A stretch of 64,000 bases of DNA. Origin: Polyangiaceae bacterium (lineage in GTDB: Bacteria > Myxococcota_A > Polyangia > Polyangiales > Polyangiaceae). The stretch is taken from positions 1-64,000 of the forward strand of contig JBILLK010000040.1 of NCBI GenBank assembly GCA_044376115.1. Direction: 5' to 3'. Of this stretch, positions 47,440 through 56,972 are shown one piece after another. The notes under the pieces were generated by a model. The model searched no databases. It had not been told where the DNA came from and saw nothing but the letters and a program-made list of their open reading frames with translations. The position numbers and the translations under genes were made by a program. Position 1 is the stretch's first letter. Each line of letters opens with the position of its first letter.

Positions 47440-47980
47440 GCAAGTGAAGCCAGCTCCGGCAGTTCATGGCTGTTCGTCGACGGCAACCACCGGCTGGATG
47501 AGCTCCTCATCCACCATCACAGGAACTCGCGCCTGCTCGTAACCTCGCACGATAGTGGACCGTTCACTCCTGGGCCCGACGAACTGGCAGCCGGGTGGGT
47601 TCGCGTTGGAGCGGTGGCGGTGAGCCCCACGCTCACCGCCGGGGCTGCGGATCCCTGCGGCCGGCTTCGACGAGTGGTACCTGTTTGAATAGTTGCCCAG
47701 CGCGTTCACACCTGAGGTGTTCGTGAACTTCGTTCCCTTCCCCTTGGGGTGAGATCCCGAAGACAGCGATTCCAACACTCGTGCCCATAGGTTGTGGCGC
47801 CAACTGGAGAGCGTGCGTCCAATCACATACGCCGCCCAAGCGTATCGGGACGCGGTGGTCAGCTCCAATATCGAGTTCATCCGCGACATCGTCGCTCTCT
47901 TGACTGAGCTATCACCGCCGCGATTTCGCTTCGTGAGGGCCCAACACGCTCCGTTGCAGAGAGGGCAGCTGCCCAACTGA
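47440..47980 (+). pseudogene. Degraded cassette gene
   Basis: DSGPFTPGPDELAAGW..., frameshift near 47655, then GFDEWYLFE*...EVFVNF...*...LWRQLESVRP; ends in the attC core. Confidence 0.65.
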
Positions 47981-48053
47981 GCGTTGCAGCGGATGGTAGC
48001 CTCAGTCGCTTCGCTCCCGCTTCCTCCCGCCGCAGAACGCCAATACGTTGGGC
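47971..48053 (+). mobile_element. attC-like site
   Basis: GCCCAAC-TGAGCGTTGCAGCGG...CCGCAGAACGCCAATAC-GTTGGGC; next ATG 9 bp downstream. Confidence 0.88.
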
Positions 48054-48061
48054 GGACACGC

Positions 48062-49348
48062 ATGACCACTGGGGACGGAACACAGAAGCTGCGCGACGCC
48101 TTGGCCCAGCTCAAGGCCCTGCTCGCCCAGGTCGATGTTCCAGAGGCACGCTTTCAGCAATGGTTTGAGCAGCACCCAATAGTCTTCGAGGCGCTCGGGT
48201 TCCGGCAGTGGATCCCGCAGCCCCGGTTCCCGCTCGGCGATGGCCGCTTCCTCGAGCCTGACTTCCTGGTTGAGGACTTCAATGCGGTCTGGTCTGTCTT
48301 CGAGCTGAAGCGGCACGAAGCAACGGTGCTCAAGAACCCCGATCGTCGCACGGACTTTCGCTCCGATTTCTCGACCTACGTTCAACAGTGTCGCGAGTAC
48401 GCCATCCACTTCGCAGACTCAGCCAATCGGCGCTTTGCCAGCGACCAGTACAAGATCAACATCCAGCGTGAGGTACCAAGCATCATTGTAGCGTCCACCG
48501 ACGACTTAACGGACCATGCGGTCGCGCGCGATCTCCTCATCGATCGTGGAAACCGCGTCGAGCTGCGCACCTATTCTGAAATTTTGCGAACCTTGCTTCG
48601 CCAGCTTGATTGGACCTCAATCGATGTTGCGCGCCGCCCCGGAATCGCCATGGGAGTGCTCGGTGTGTTCCCTGTGGGCTCGTCGGAGCAAGTGCTCTTC
48701 GACTTCGGCAAGCAGCGCAGCCGGAGCCGCGCTTCCATTGGCCTTCAGGGGACGAAATTCTTCCTGAGCCTGGTCGACGCGGACGGTCATTTGCAGCGGT
48801 GGGAAGTCGAGAGGCCCGTTGTGCCAGATTTCGCCAACGCGACCCCGCTCGAGTTGCTTGAGCTCGAGGTCGGCGTATCCGCTGGGTCACTGTACGTCTC
48901 CGCGCACCACAATCGGCGATGCCTTGTGCAACAGCACCTTCCAGCAACACGCATAGCTCTGGACGACCTCGCTGGCGGAATGGCCATCGGAACCGATGTC
49001 ACCGGAAAGAAGCCCTGCAACTTCAGCCTGGTCGAGTCGTTCGCCTACATGCGTACGCTCGCCCCGAGCGAGCGCTTGCAGATCTATGACCATCTCGATG
49101 AGGTCTATCACCACTACCTGAGCCCGCTTGCAGTGGAACGACCGGGTCGAGCCGTCTTTCGCGGCAGCAAGTGGATGACAACGGCGGGCCACCCGCTGTC
49201 CAACGAGCCGGCGAAACCCACGCCCGACACAACCGGTCCGTGGGGCTGGTGGACCTCTAGCGCAATGGTCCTCGACGACGGTAAACCACCGCCGCCTGAT
49301 CGTCGGCTTGGAGCGCAGAGGATTTTACTCCCAGGGATGAAGAGCTAG
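48062..49348 (+). CDS. Shedu/DUF4263-like PD-(D/E)XK nuclease with C-terminal beta-rich domain, cassette
   Basis: EARFQQWFEQHP, PDFL, FELK, QQCREY (QxxxY), TYSEIL. Confidence 0.78.
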   Translation: MTTGDGTQKLRDALAQLKALLAQVDVPEARFQQWFEQHPIVFEALGFRQWIPQPRFPLGDGRFLEPDFLVEDFNAVWSVFELKRHEATVLKNPDRRTDFRSDFSTYVQQCREYAIHFADSANRRFASDQYKINIQREVPSIIVASTDDLTDHAVARDLLIDRGNRVELRTYSEILRTLLRQLDWTSIDVARRPGIAMGVLGVFPVGSSEQVLFDFGKQRSRSRASIGLQGTKFFLSLVDADGHLQRWEVERPVVPDFANATPLELLELEVGVSAGSLYVSAHHNRRCLVQQHLPATRIALDDLAGGMAIGTDVTGKKPCNFSLVESFAYMRTLAPSERLQIYDHLDEVYHHYLSPLAVERPGRAVFRGSKWMTTAGHPLSNEPAKPTPDTTGPWGWWTSSAMVLDDGKPPPPDRRLGAQRILLPGMKS

Positions 49349-49359
49349 GCACCAAGGCC

Positions 49360-49443
49360 GCCAAACAAGGCGTTGCTGCGGACGACTACCCTCCCTCGCT
49401 TCGCTCGGTCTGGCACTCGCCGCAGAACGCCAATACTTTGGGC
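49360..49443 (+). mobile_element. attC-like site with mutated R' core
   Basis: GCCAAAC-AAGGCGTTGCTGCGG...CCGCAGAACGCCAATAC-TTTGGGC, 11 bp after the nuclease stop. Confidence 0.75.
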
Positions 49444-49566
49444 GGGCGGAGAACTAACTTGAGCCTTCGATCGGACCTCGTAGAAGCATTGCGTGACCTC
49501 TCACAGAACAGCTATCTGCTGGCACTCTCGACGTACGACCTTTGCGCAACGGAAATCCGATGTGTA

Positions 49567-49711
49567 CGACCGGGACCTCAGGTGACTGTTTTGACCGGGT
49601 GCCTTGGTGACACTGTCCAGGACCCCGCGAATACGCTCCGGGATGGTAGGAGACGTGATCCGGGTAGCTGCCGTCATTGACCGGGTGGGTCGGTGACGCA
49701 GAGGACGATGG
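49567..49711 (+). repeat. 22-bp-period CCGGG repeat block, copy 2 (direct repeat of 45141-45300)
   Basis: CGACCGGGACCTCAGGTG...CCGGGTGCCTTGGTGACACTGTCC...CCGGGTGGGTCGGTGACGCAGA. Confidence 0.85.
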
Positions 49712-49965
49712 TTGAATAGCGTGATCGCGAAGTCGTCACAAACCGAATTCAGGTAGACACAACTCGCTGGTGACAAGCGACCGGACGTTCCAGCCGCGCT
49801 CGCCTGGTTTCTTTAGCCCGCGCTTGAGGGCCTACCGGAGAACCGTCCGCGGTGGTCCCGCGCAGCGGGACAAATCTGACAGCGCGTCGGGGGCGAAGGT
49901 GTCGCCGGAGCGCCTGGAGCGCTCCCGCCCAGCAACAGATGTGGTACTCAAGGCAAGGGTCCGAG

Positions 49966-51525
49966 ATGTCTGAGCCTGCGCGTCGCCTTCCCGTTGTCCC
50001 ACGAGCCTCCGACGAAATCGGCGAGGAGCTGCGCGGGTCGACCTCGCACGATCTTGTCTTCGCCGTTGTTGGGCATATAGGTGCTGGCGCGAGCATGGTG
50101 GGCCATGGACTGGTGGAGTGGCTAAAGGAAAATGGCTACGCCACTGAGCTTGTGAAGGTCAGCGGGCTGATTTTGGACGCCGCTAGATTGGTCGACCCAT
50201 CCAAGTGGAGCGCTCTGTCCTCGATGCAGGGGCTGAGCCGTACCCAGCTGCTCCAGGAGGCCGGCGGGTGGCTCCGCGCGAAGTTCTCCCCATCATTCAC
50301 CGCTGGCCTCGCAATCAAAGCGCTTCATGAAATCCGTAAGAAGACCCCCGAGCACCAGCCGTCCGCCTTCGTGATCGATAGCCTGAAGAATCCCGACGAG
50401 GTTGACGCGCTTAGGAAAGTCTATGGTCGGTCGTTCTACCTTGTGAGTGTTGTGTGCGGCACTGAGGTACGGGAAAAGCGCCTGCGGACAAAATACAAGG
50501 GCGCGTCCCACGGCCAGCTAGAGGAGCTCATGAAGCGCGACGAGGCCGAGGAGGTATTGACGGGTCAGCAAGTACGCAAAACCATCCATGCCGCTGACTT
50601 CTTCGTGAATAGTGAAACGAGTTCGCAGGGGGTGAAGGATCCGACCGCCCAATCCCTCGAGCGTTTTCTGCAAATCGTATGTGGTCGGGAAATCGTTCGG
50701 CCGACGCGAGATGAGCGCGGAATGCATGCCGCATGGTCCGCTTCGCTGCGCTCATCCTGTCTCTCGAGACAGGTTGGGGCGGCAATTCTCGACATCCGCG
50801 GCGAATTGATCTCGACCGGCACCAATGACGTTCCGAAGTCGGGTGGTGGGTTGTACGAGGAGACAGACGAGGCCGGAGCCGACTATCGATGCTTCGCCTA
50901 TGCGAAAAAGGATGAGGGAGAAGAGCGGGGCTTTTGCCGCAGCGACAAGTCCAAGAATCAGCTTCTGGAGGAGGTCGTCGCGCAGCTCAAGAAGGACGGT
51001 ATAATTCCTGATTCTGCCGAGTCGGCCACTCTGCATAAATCACTGCGCCGAACCGCTCTCGCCGATCTGATCGAATTTTCTCGCGCGGTTCACGCTGAGA
51101 TGGACGCCATTGTGGCACTGGCGCGAACAGGGACCGCTGGTGCGCTGGATGGCACCCTCTATTGCACGACGTTCCCATGCCACGCGTGCGCGCGCCACAT
51201 CGTCGCAGCTGGCCTGCGCGAGGTCGTGTACTACGAGCCGTACATCAAGAGCCGCGCCCTGCTGCTGCACGACGACTCTATCGAGCATGGTTGCTCGGCG
51301 CGTGGGGAGGACAAGGGACCGGTCAGATTCCGTCTCTTTAGCGGGGTCGCTCCCCGACGCTTCGCGTCTCTTTTCGAGAAGCGTAGTGACTTGAAGCAAG
51401 ATGGAAGAGTACGCCCGCGTTCTGAGCAGGCGCAGCATGTTGACCCAATTTTTACCCGCTCTTACCTGTCTTTCGAAGAGGTGATCGCGTCGAAGGTTGT
51501 CGCGCAGATGAAGGCCGACAAATGA
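49966..51525 (+). CDS. Anti-phage dCTP deaminase (P-loop kinase + deaminase, Dcd/AvcD-like)
   Basis: VVGHIGAGAS, IDSLKNPDEV, SCLSRQVGAAI, GTNDVPK.GGG, HAEMDA, FPCHACARHI. Confidence 0.92.
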   Translation: MSEPARRLPVVPRASDEIGEELRGSTSHDLVFAVVGHIGAGASMVGHGLVEWLKENGYATELVKVSGLILDAARLVDPSKWSALSSMQGLSRTQLLQEAGGWLRAKFSPSFTAGLAIKALHEIRKKTPEHQPSAFVIDSLKNPDEVDALRKVYGRSFYLVSVVCGTEVREKRLRTKYKGASHGQLEELMKRDEAEEVLTGQQVRKTIHAADFFVNSETSSQGVKDPTAQSLERFLQIVCGREIVRPTRDERGMHAAWSASLRSSCLSRQVGAAILDIRGELISTGTNDVPKSGGGLYEETDEAGADYRCFAYAKKDEGEERGFCRSDKSKNQLLEEVVAQLKKDGIIPDSAESATLHKSLRRTALADLIEFSRAVHAEMDAIVALARTGTAGALDGTLYCTTFPCHACARHIVAAGLREVVYYEPYIKSRALLLHDDSIEHGCSARGEDKGPVRFRLFSGVAPRRFASLFEKRSDLKQDGRVRPRSEQAQHVDPIFTRSYLSFEEVIASKVVAQMKADK

Positions 51526-52244
51526 AGAACGTCCCGCCCTGGCTATCGCTCGTTGAGGGCTATGGGACTGGCGCGAACAGCCGGCAGCGGAAGCTCGCTC
51601 TGGTTGAAACTAGAGCACGACCATCGGAGCAGCTGACGTTTGGGATCGGCGCGAAGGCTCCCAATGCGTGCAGAATTCTAAGTGTTGGTCTGGAAGGGCT
51701 GGAGTTCAGCACTTTTTATGAGCTTATGGTTGTCGCTAGAGTGAAGTACGTGGTGGATATTCGCCACCTCGCTTCCTTTCGTGGCCGCGGGTTTACTCCG
51801 ACGTTGATTGACTCATCATTTCAACAACTGGGCATCGTCTATGAGCGTTGTCTGGACCTCGTGAATCCGTTTCTGGGAACCTCTCAGAACTCCCATTGGG
51901 TGCTGCAGCAATACGCAACCACGCTACGACAGGAGCGCTCCGAGGCGCTTGATCGCCTAGCGGACTATCTCGCACATGGCACTGTTCTGCTGCTCGGCCG
52001 AAGCCCAGTGCATTTCGGAACTGAGCGAGAGGTGGTCACGCGATTGCTGGCAGAGCGCCTTACCAGGCTTGAGTTACTTGCACTGAGCTCTCGCGAAGCA
52101 GAGGCGAATCTGTGGGCATGGTCGTCGCTTCTTGTGGGACTCGCATCGAGTTCAACGGCCAGCCCGGGAACCAAGAGTCGGAAGCGATCCCGCCAAGTGC
52201 GTGGTCAGCTACCGCTCCTCGACCCTCCTCCAAAGAAGAGGTAG
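51522..52244 (+). CDS. DUF488-like protein
   Basis: ILSVGLEG...F...VKYVVDIR...GF...LGIVY...DL.NP; ATGA-coupled to the deaminase. Confidence 0.65.
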   Translation: MKNVPPWLSLVEGYGTGANSRQRKLALVETRARPSEQLTFGIGAKAPNACRILSVGLEGLEFSTFYELMVVARVKYVVDIRHLASFRGRGFTPTLIDSSFQQLGIVYERCLDLVNPFLGTSQNSHWVLQQYATTLRQERSEALDRLADYLAHGTVLLLGRSPVHFGTEREVVTRLLAERLTRLELLALSSREAEANLWAWSSLLVGLASSSTASPGTKSRKRSRQVRGQLPLLDPPPKKR

Positions 52245-52517
52245 TCGCGCGTTGCGACACCCGCGGCGACGTCGCAGCGCAGATTGCTCCTGTCCACGTG
52301 CTTGGGATCGTGGATCCATCGGTCGTAAGAAGCAGGCCCGACAGTCCGCCATCCTGGTAAGTGTCATGCAAATCGTGCCGCGGCTTTCAAAAGCGCTGCC
52401 AGTAGTCCCGCCACTCCTTGAGGACGCCACAAATGGCTCTTCCGGAAGCAGTTGCTCTTAGCCGCTTGGGTTCGTGCTGCGGAGAGCCTTCGCCTACCGA
52501 TAGGCGGCCGCGCGGCG

Positions 52518-53312
52518 TCACCGAGCTGGAAACCAAAGCAAGCTCATGGCCATTCGGTAGCGCGGCATGGGGAGCACGTGCTCAACCACCTCCTCGTCAC
52601 GCGCGTATGGAATCCAGGCATCTGCGTTTACCGTCTCCGGGATCTCAGACACCCTTTCCTTCTTGAAGAAATCGTAGGCCAGAGTCCACTTGTCGACCTC
52701 GGTGCCGCGGACAGGTCGCTTCCCGAAGTTCCGGGTGCCCTGTGTCCACGCAACCTTTCCGTCTTTGCATGCCACCAGCGCCACGCGGTCGTCGGTGAAG
52801 GATAGGAACCTCAGCGCAGCGGCCGTCGCCGAGACCTGAAACTCCTCAGCCAGTTTTTGGATCGGAGCCCAGGAGACCTTAGCGACATCGCAGCGCTTGG
52901 CGTAGAGCGCTTCCGGCATGAGAAGTTCGGCCGCGAAGGCGTTTGCCTCCAGCTCGCGACCGCTTCGCTCGTAGTCGAACCTCAGATCCTCCCCGGTGCA
53001 GAGACCAAGGTAGCTGACGCCGGAATGAATCTCGAAGTGACCAAGCTCGTGGGCGATCGCCCATCGTCGCTGGTCCAAGGAAAGCTCGCCAGCTACGGAG
53101 ACCACGCCTTGCCGACCGAGTCGGAGGAGGTTTGCTCGCGCTCCCGTCGTCGGACTCGACCGCACGAGCGCACCTCGCATATGGGCGAGGACTTCGATGC
53201 GCAGCTCGGTTGGGTGCTGGTAACCGATGGCGCTTTGCACGCGCTTCGCTGCCTGGGTTCCCAATTCGGGGAGGGCCAGCCGTCCCTTCGACTCAGCCTT
53301 CGTCATCATCAT
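52518..53312 (-). CDS. ImmA/IrrE-family metallopeptidase
   Basis: RRWAIAHELGH, ELEANAFAAELLMP, FQVSATAA. Confidence 0.9.
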   Translation of the reverse strand: MMMTKAESKGRLALPELGTQAAKRVQSAIGYQHPTELRIEVLAHMRGALVRSSPTTGARANLLRLGRQGVVSVAGELSLDQRRWAIAHELGHFEIHSGVSYLGLCTGEDLRFDYERSGRELEANAFAAELLMPEALYAKRCDVAKVSWAPIQKLAEEFQVSATAAALRFLSFTDDRVALVACKDGKVAWTQGTRNFGKRPVRGTEVDKWTLAYDFFKKERVSEIPETVNADAWIPYARDEEVVEHVLPMPRYRMAMSLLWFPAR

Positions 53313-53724
53313 CGCCGGCCTGGTCGCCCAGCAGGTGACGGAGCGACTTGATCATCTCGGCAAGCTCCTCTTCCGTCGCTTCGTCGAACTTGTGGAAGTG
53401 CATCGACACAGTCGTCTCGCGCGGTGCGCGAGCGATGAGAGCCTTTACCCTTCGACGCTGCTCATCGACCGATCTCCCTGGCTCTGAAACTTGTGATTCG
53501 AGCCGCTTCGCCTCGGCGCGGTAGTCGTGTTCAGCCTGAGCAAAACGGGCTTGCCGCCGAGCAGTCTCAGCCGCCGTGATCTTGGCACGGACAGAACCCG
53601 CCCAAGCCTTCGTGTCGATCCCCAACCGCTTGACCGTCTCTTGTGCCTCGACGTCGCTGACGGCCACCTCGTCGAGCGCCTCGACGAGCCGCTCGATCTC
53701 CGTGCGGGTCTTCGAGTTGCTCAT
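53293..53724 (-). CDS. Small helical protein between the sigma-like gene and the peptidase
   Basis: ATG 53724 with GGAGG RBS; overlaps both neighbours. Confidence 0.75.
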   Translation of the reverse strand: MSNSKTRTEIERLVEALDEVAVSDVEAQETVKRLGIDTKAWAGSVRAKITAAETARRQARFAQAEHDYRAEAKRLESQVSEPGRSVDEQRRRVKALIARAPRETTVSMHFHKFDEATEEELAEMIKSLRHLLGDQAGDDDDEG

Positions 53725-54320
53725 GACTTCCTCCTCTGCTTGTACTTCGCGAACAGCTCTGGAAACCCTGCCACAAGTCTGCGTTGAAGCTTGATCCGTT
53801 TCGCGGTCACGGCATCCACTGTCCAACCGAGGACTTCGGCTAGCTCTTCTCTCTTCATGTATCCGTCTAAGATCGCGAGATAAAGTTGCTCCTGCTCCTC
53901 GTCGCCCTCAACAGTCGCAGCGGTTGCTTCGAGCAGGAGGGATCTGTCGCCTTCGGCCAGGATCTCATCCGGAAGCGGGTCATGGTGCTGGACCTCCTCC
54001 CCGGCGTCCTCGGTTGGTGTTGCCTTGTCCCTGTCTGCGGACTTCCTTGCCGATGAGACGATGCTCTTGATCACCCCACAAAGGAACCGCTCGAGATCTT
54101 CGGGTGCGTCGTCGGTCCACTTTCGTGATCCGTCCAGGCACCGCTCGATGGCGAGGTTCACGGTGTCTTGCACGGACGCCGCACTCGGTTCGTGGTCTCT
54201 ACCGGCCGCCCAACCCACTCGCCGAAGGCGGTTCTCGGCGTAGGTTGCAAGCCGAGGAAGCAGGCTGTCCCAGTCAGCCTCCCTGATGGCCTGCTCAAGC
54301 GGTTTGCGTTCCGTCAGCAC
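53721..54320 (-). CDS. ECF/sigma-70-like protein
   Basis: QDTVNLAIERCLDG...FLCGVIKSIVS (region 2); REELAEVLGWTVDAVTAKRIKLQRRL (region 4); GTG after GGGGGAG. Confidence 0.68.
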   Translation of the reverse strand: MLTERKPLEQAIREADWDSLLPRLATYAENRLRRVGWAAGRDHEPSAASVQDTVNLAIERCLDGSRKWTDDAPEDLERFLCGVIKSIVSSARKSADRDKATPTEDAGEEVQHHDPLPDEILAEGDRSLLLEATAATVEGDEEQEQLYLAILDGYMKREELAEVLGWTVDAVTAKRIKLQRRLVAGFPELFAKYKQRRKS

Positions 54321-54463
54321 GTGCTCCCCCCATATGGCTCCAGCCCGGCCAAAGATGATCACGCGAATCTGAACATTCTTCGATCCGCAACGTGATCAGA
54401 ATCGGAGGGACTGGAGCTGATCTTCGCAAGCCGGCAGATCGCGCGGCAGAAAAGGAGTCCTCC

Positions 54464-55381
54464 ATGAATTCTCTCGTCGTTCTTCCCCTTCCCGGCGGCT
54501 TCGCCGCCAATAGTCAGACGCAGGCGGTCGGAACCCCTCGTTCGCGTGCACTTCTAGGCTTCTTCCAACCTCAAGATACCCCTGGCTACCTTGCTAGTAT
54601 CAACCTCGTGACCGATGGGCTCGACTCGGCAGCTCTCGATCACCAGTGCGGCGTCGCCCGTGCTCACGTGGCACAGCTCGGAGCCCGTGACGAGCCCGAG
54701 ATCACCCCCTGCGATCCCCACCCCCACCTTGCTCTGCTCCAGTCCGAACCAACATTCGCCGAGCACGCTCCGCCGCCGCTCGGCGCACGGTTCGTTTGGA
54801 TCGGTCTCGAACACATCGTCGCCTGTCAGCCGAAGGTCGACTGGGATCACGTTGAGCGCCTCAGCTCGCAGGTTCCCGCAGTAGGTGACGACGATGGCCT
54901 GCTGCGCTTTTGTCTGCCGCTTCAAAACGGGGCGGTCGTTCCTCAGGCGCAGGTGACGTTCAATCCGGCCACGAACACGTTTGGTTGGATTGTGGACAGC
55001 CCTGACGTGCGCATCTGCGGTCCGGTGCAGGGCGACCAGCCAGGCACTGGCCGTGGCCTCGTCGGCTTCTCTATCGGTCCTGGGCTACACCAGATGAGCG
55101 TGGTTGCGTTCAACGGACGCCACATGCTCAACAATGGCTACCACCGCGCGGTAGCGCTCGCTCGTGCCGGGCACAAGAAGATCCCCGTGATCCTGGTCGA
55201 CGCGCCGTCGCTCGAACTGACGCCTCCCGCCCGGAATGGCATGTTCAACCCGAGCCTGGTGTTCGGGCCGAAGCCCCCGCGGATCGTCGACTACCTCGAA
55301 GCGACGGCCGTTGAGGTGCCCACGAAGAGGATGCGGTTCCTCTTCTCGGTACACGCCGAGCAGCACCCGATCCCTGTGTGA
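54464..55381 (+). CDS. Hypothetical protein with ParB/Srx-like motif
   Basis: AGGAG RBS; MLNNGYHRAVALARAGHKKIPVILV. Confidence 0.65.
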   Translation: MNSLVVLPLPGGFAANSQTQAVGTPRSRALLGFFQPQDTPGYLASINLVTDGLDSAALDHQCGVARAHVAQLGARDEPEITPCDPHPHLALLQSEPTFAEHAPPPLGARFVWIGLEHIVACQPKVDWDHVERLSSQVPAVGDDDGLLRFCLPLQNGAVVPQAQVTFNPATNTFGWIVDSPDVRICGPVQGDQPGTGRGLVGFSIGPGLHQMSVVAFNGRHMLNNGYHRAVALARAGHKKIPVILVDAPSLELTPPARNGMFNPSLVFGPKPPRIVDYLEATAVEVPTKRMRFLFSVHAEQHPIPV

Positions 55382-55436
55382 ACTCAGCCTCGTAGCCAAC
55401 AGCCACCGTCGAGGAAAGGCTGGAAGTCCTTGGCCT

Positions 55437-56972
55437 TCACGTTCGTCTTGCGGTTGCGGCGCTTCGCTTCTTCGCTTTGTCGAATGCGCCAGCCGTCGCC
55501 TCTCGCACCCGCGCGAGCATCGCCTCGGCGGGCTCGTCGTTCGGGTCCTGTGGGACGAGCTCCCCGCGAAAGGCTTTGGCTAAGGTCGACCGATCCAACC
55601 GCTCAAGCCCTTCGCGCTGTCGAAGAAGCACGCTGCGCAAGGCTGCGAGGTCGGCAAGACGCTTTTCGGTGCGCGCCACGATCGCTCGCTGTTCCTCGAG
55701 CGGAGGAACGACGGTAGCCAGATGGATGACGTCATGGCAGTTCAGGTGCCTCAGCGTCATGCCCTTTTCGATGGCACCGAAGGCTCGTTGTGCGGTCGGA
55801 GAACCGAAGAAGAGAGACAAGTAGTTGCCGTCAAGAACCTCTTCGAGGGGCGAAATTACAATCATGGCGTGACAGTTGTGACCCTCGTGCTCGGGAGGGA
55901 CGACAGCGGAATCCCCCACGTGACCAGTCTGCACCAACAAGACATCTCCAGTGTTGAGGATGGACTTGCGATTCCGTTGGTTGAACTCCTTGGTGATGAA
56001 CGTCGCGCCATCAAATCGAAGCACGTTCTTTTTTACATGTTTGGAGAGCAGATAGGGGACTCCCTCCTCAACGTAGATATTCCGCGTCGGACCTACATAC
56101 CCATTGGTCAGCCGCCACACGACCTCGCCAAGTTCAACAACACACCACCCCTCTGGCAGCTCCGGCAAGCCGGTCGTGTCGACGGGCTCGGGCTCCTTGT
56201 ACTTGGCCTTCCATTTGTCGTCGGTTGGGGGCTTGCCCTTCGCCTTCATCTTGGCGAGTTCGGTGTCTTCCCATTTCTTGCGGCGCTCGGTGCGGATGCG
56301 TTTGAGGAGCTCGCTGGCTGGCTCGACGTCCTTGTGCTTCGCGCGCCAGTCCTTTGTGAGGTCGCCGCGAAAGGCCGCCGCGAGAATCGATTGGCGGAGC
56401 TTCTCGAGCAGCGGCGGCACGGCGTCGAGCGCCTCACGCGCGCGACGGCTTCGGGCTTGGAGCGCTTCGAGCTTGGTGACGATGCGGCGTTGTTCATTGA
56501 GGGGTGGAACGCCGACGGAGACGCCTCGGATATCGTCAAGGCCGAGCCCAGCCTTCGTCACTCCTCGGCGCATATCGAGCAACTGCCGCTTCCCTGCACT
56601 GGCAAAGAACCACGCAAGAAAACGCGCATCGAGCCCGGCGCGCGGGCGGGCGAGTGCGATGTGCTGATTGATGTAAGCTTCACCGAGGTTGTCGGGGACC
56701 AGTCCAACCATGCCGAGTTCCGCGGTGATGGAGATGAGTATGTCTCCGGCGCGGAGTCGCGTTCGCTGGCCCTCGGAGTTCGTCGGGGGTTTGACGTGCT
56801 GTCGCTCCTTCAGGTCGAGCGAGATGGTGTCGTGGTCGAGATTGCCGATGCGAACAAACAGCGGGCCGGTGTCGGTATAGAACTGCGCCCAGCCACGCGA
56901 GCCACTGGTGACGAACTCGAACAGGTCCCCTGACGAGCGAAGCACCCACCCCGGCGGAAGTTCCTCACTCAA
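55437..56972 (-). CDS. hsdS: Type I R-M specificity subunit
   Basis: ELPPGW, PPLNEQRRIV, AFRGDLT, LPEGW, PPLEEQ, AFRGELVPQDPNDEPA; TTG overlaps the hsdM stop. Confidence 0.95.
   Translation of the reverse strand: MSEELPPGWVLRSSGDLFEFVTSGSRGWAQFYTDTGPLFVRIGNLDHDTISLDLKERQHVKPPTNSEGQRTRLRAGDILISITAELGMVGLVPDNLGEAYINQHIALARPRAGLDARFLAWFFASAGKRQLLDMRRGVTKAGLGLDDIRGVSVGVPPLNEQRRIVTKLEALQARSRRAREALDAVPPLLEKLRQSILAAAFRGDLTKDWRAKHKDVEPASELLKRIRTERRKKWEDTELAKMKAKGKPPTDDKWKAKYKEPEPVDTTGLPELPEGWCVVELGEVVWRLTNGYVGPTRNIYVEEGVPYLLSKHVKKNVLRFDGATFITKEFNQRNRKSILNTGDVLLVQTGHVGDSAVVPPEHEGHNCHAMIVISPLEEVLDGNYLSLFFGSPTAQRAFGAIEKGMTLRHLNCHDVIHLATVVPPLEEQRAIVARTEKRLADLAALRSVLLRQREGLERLDRSTLAKAFRGELVPQDPNDEPAEAMLARVREATAGAFDKAKKRSAATARRT

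Noticed and set aside
36590..49443. Complete integron
   Set aside because: No IntI/tyrosine recombinase ORF or identifiable attI in the window
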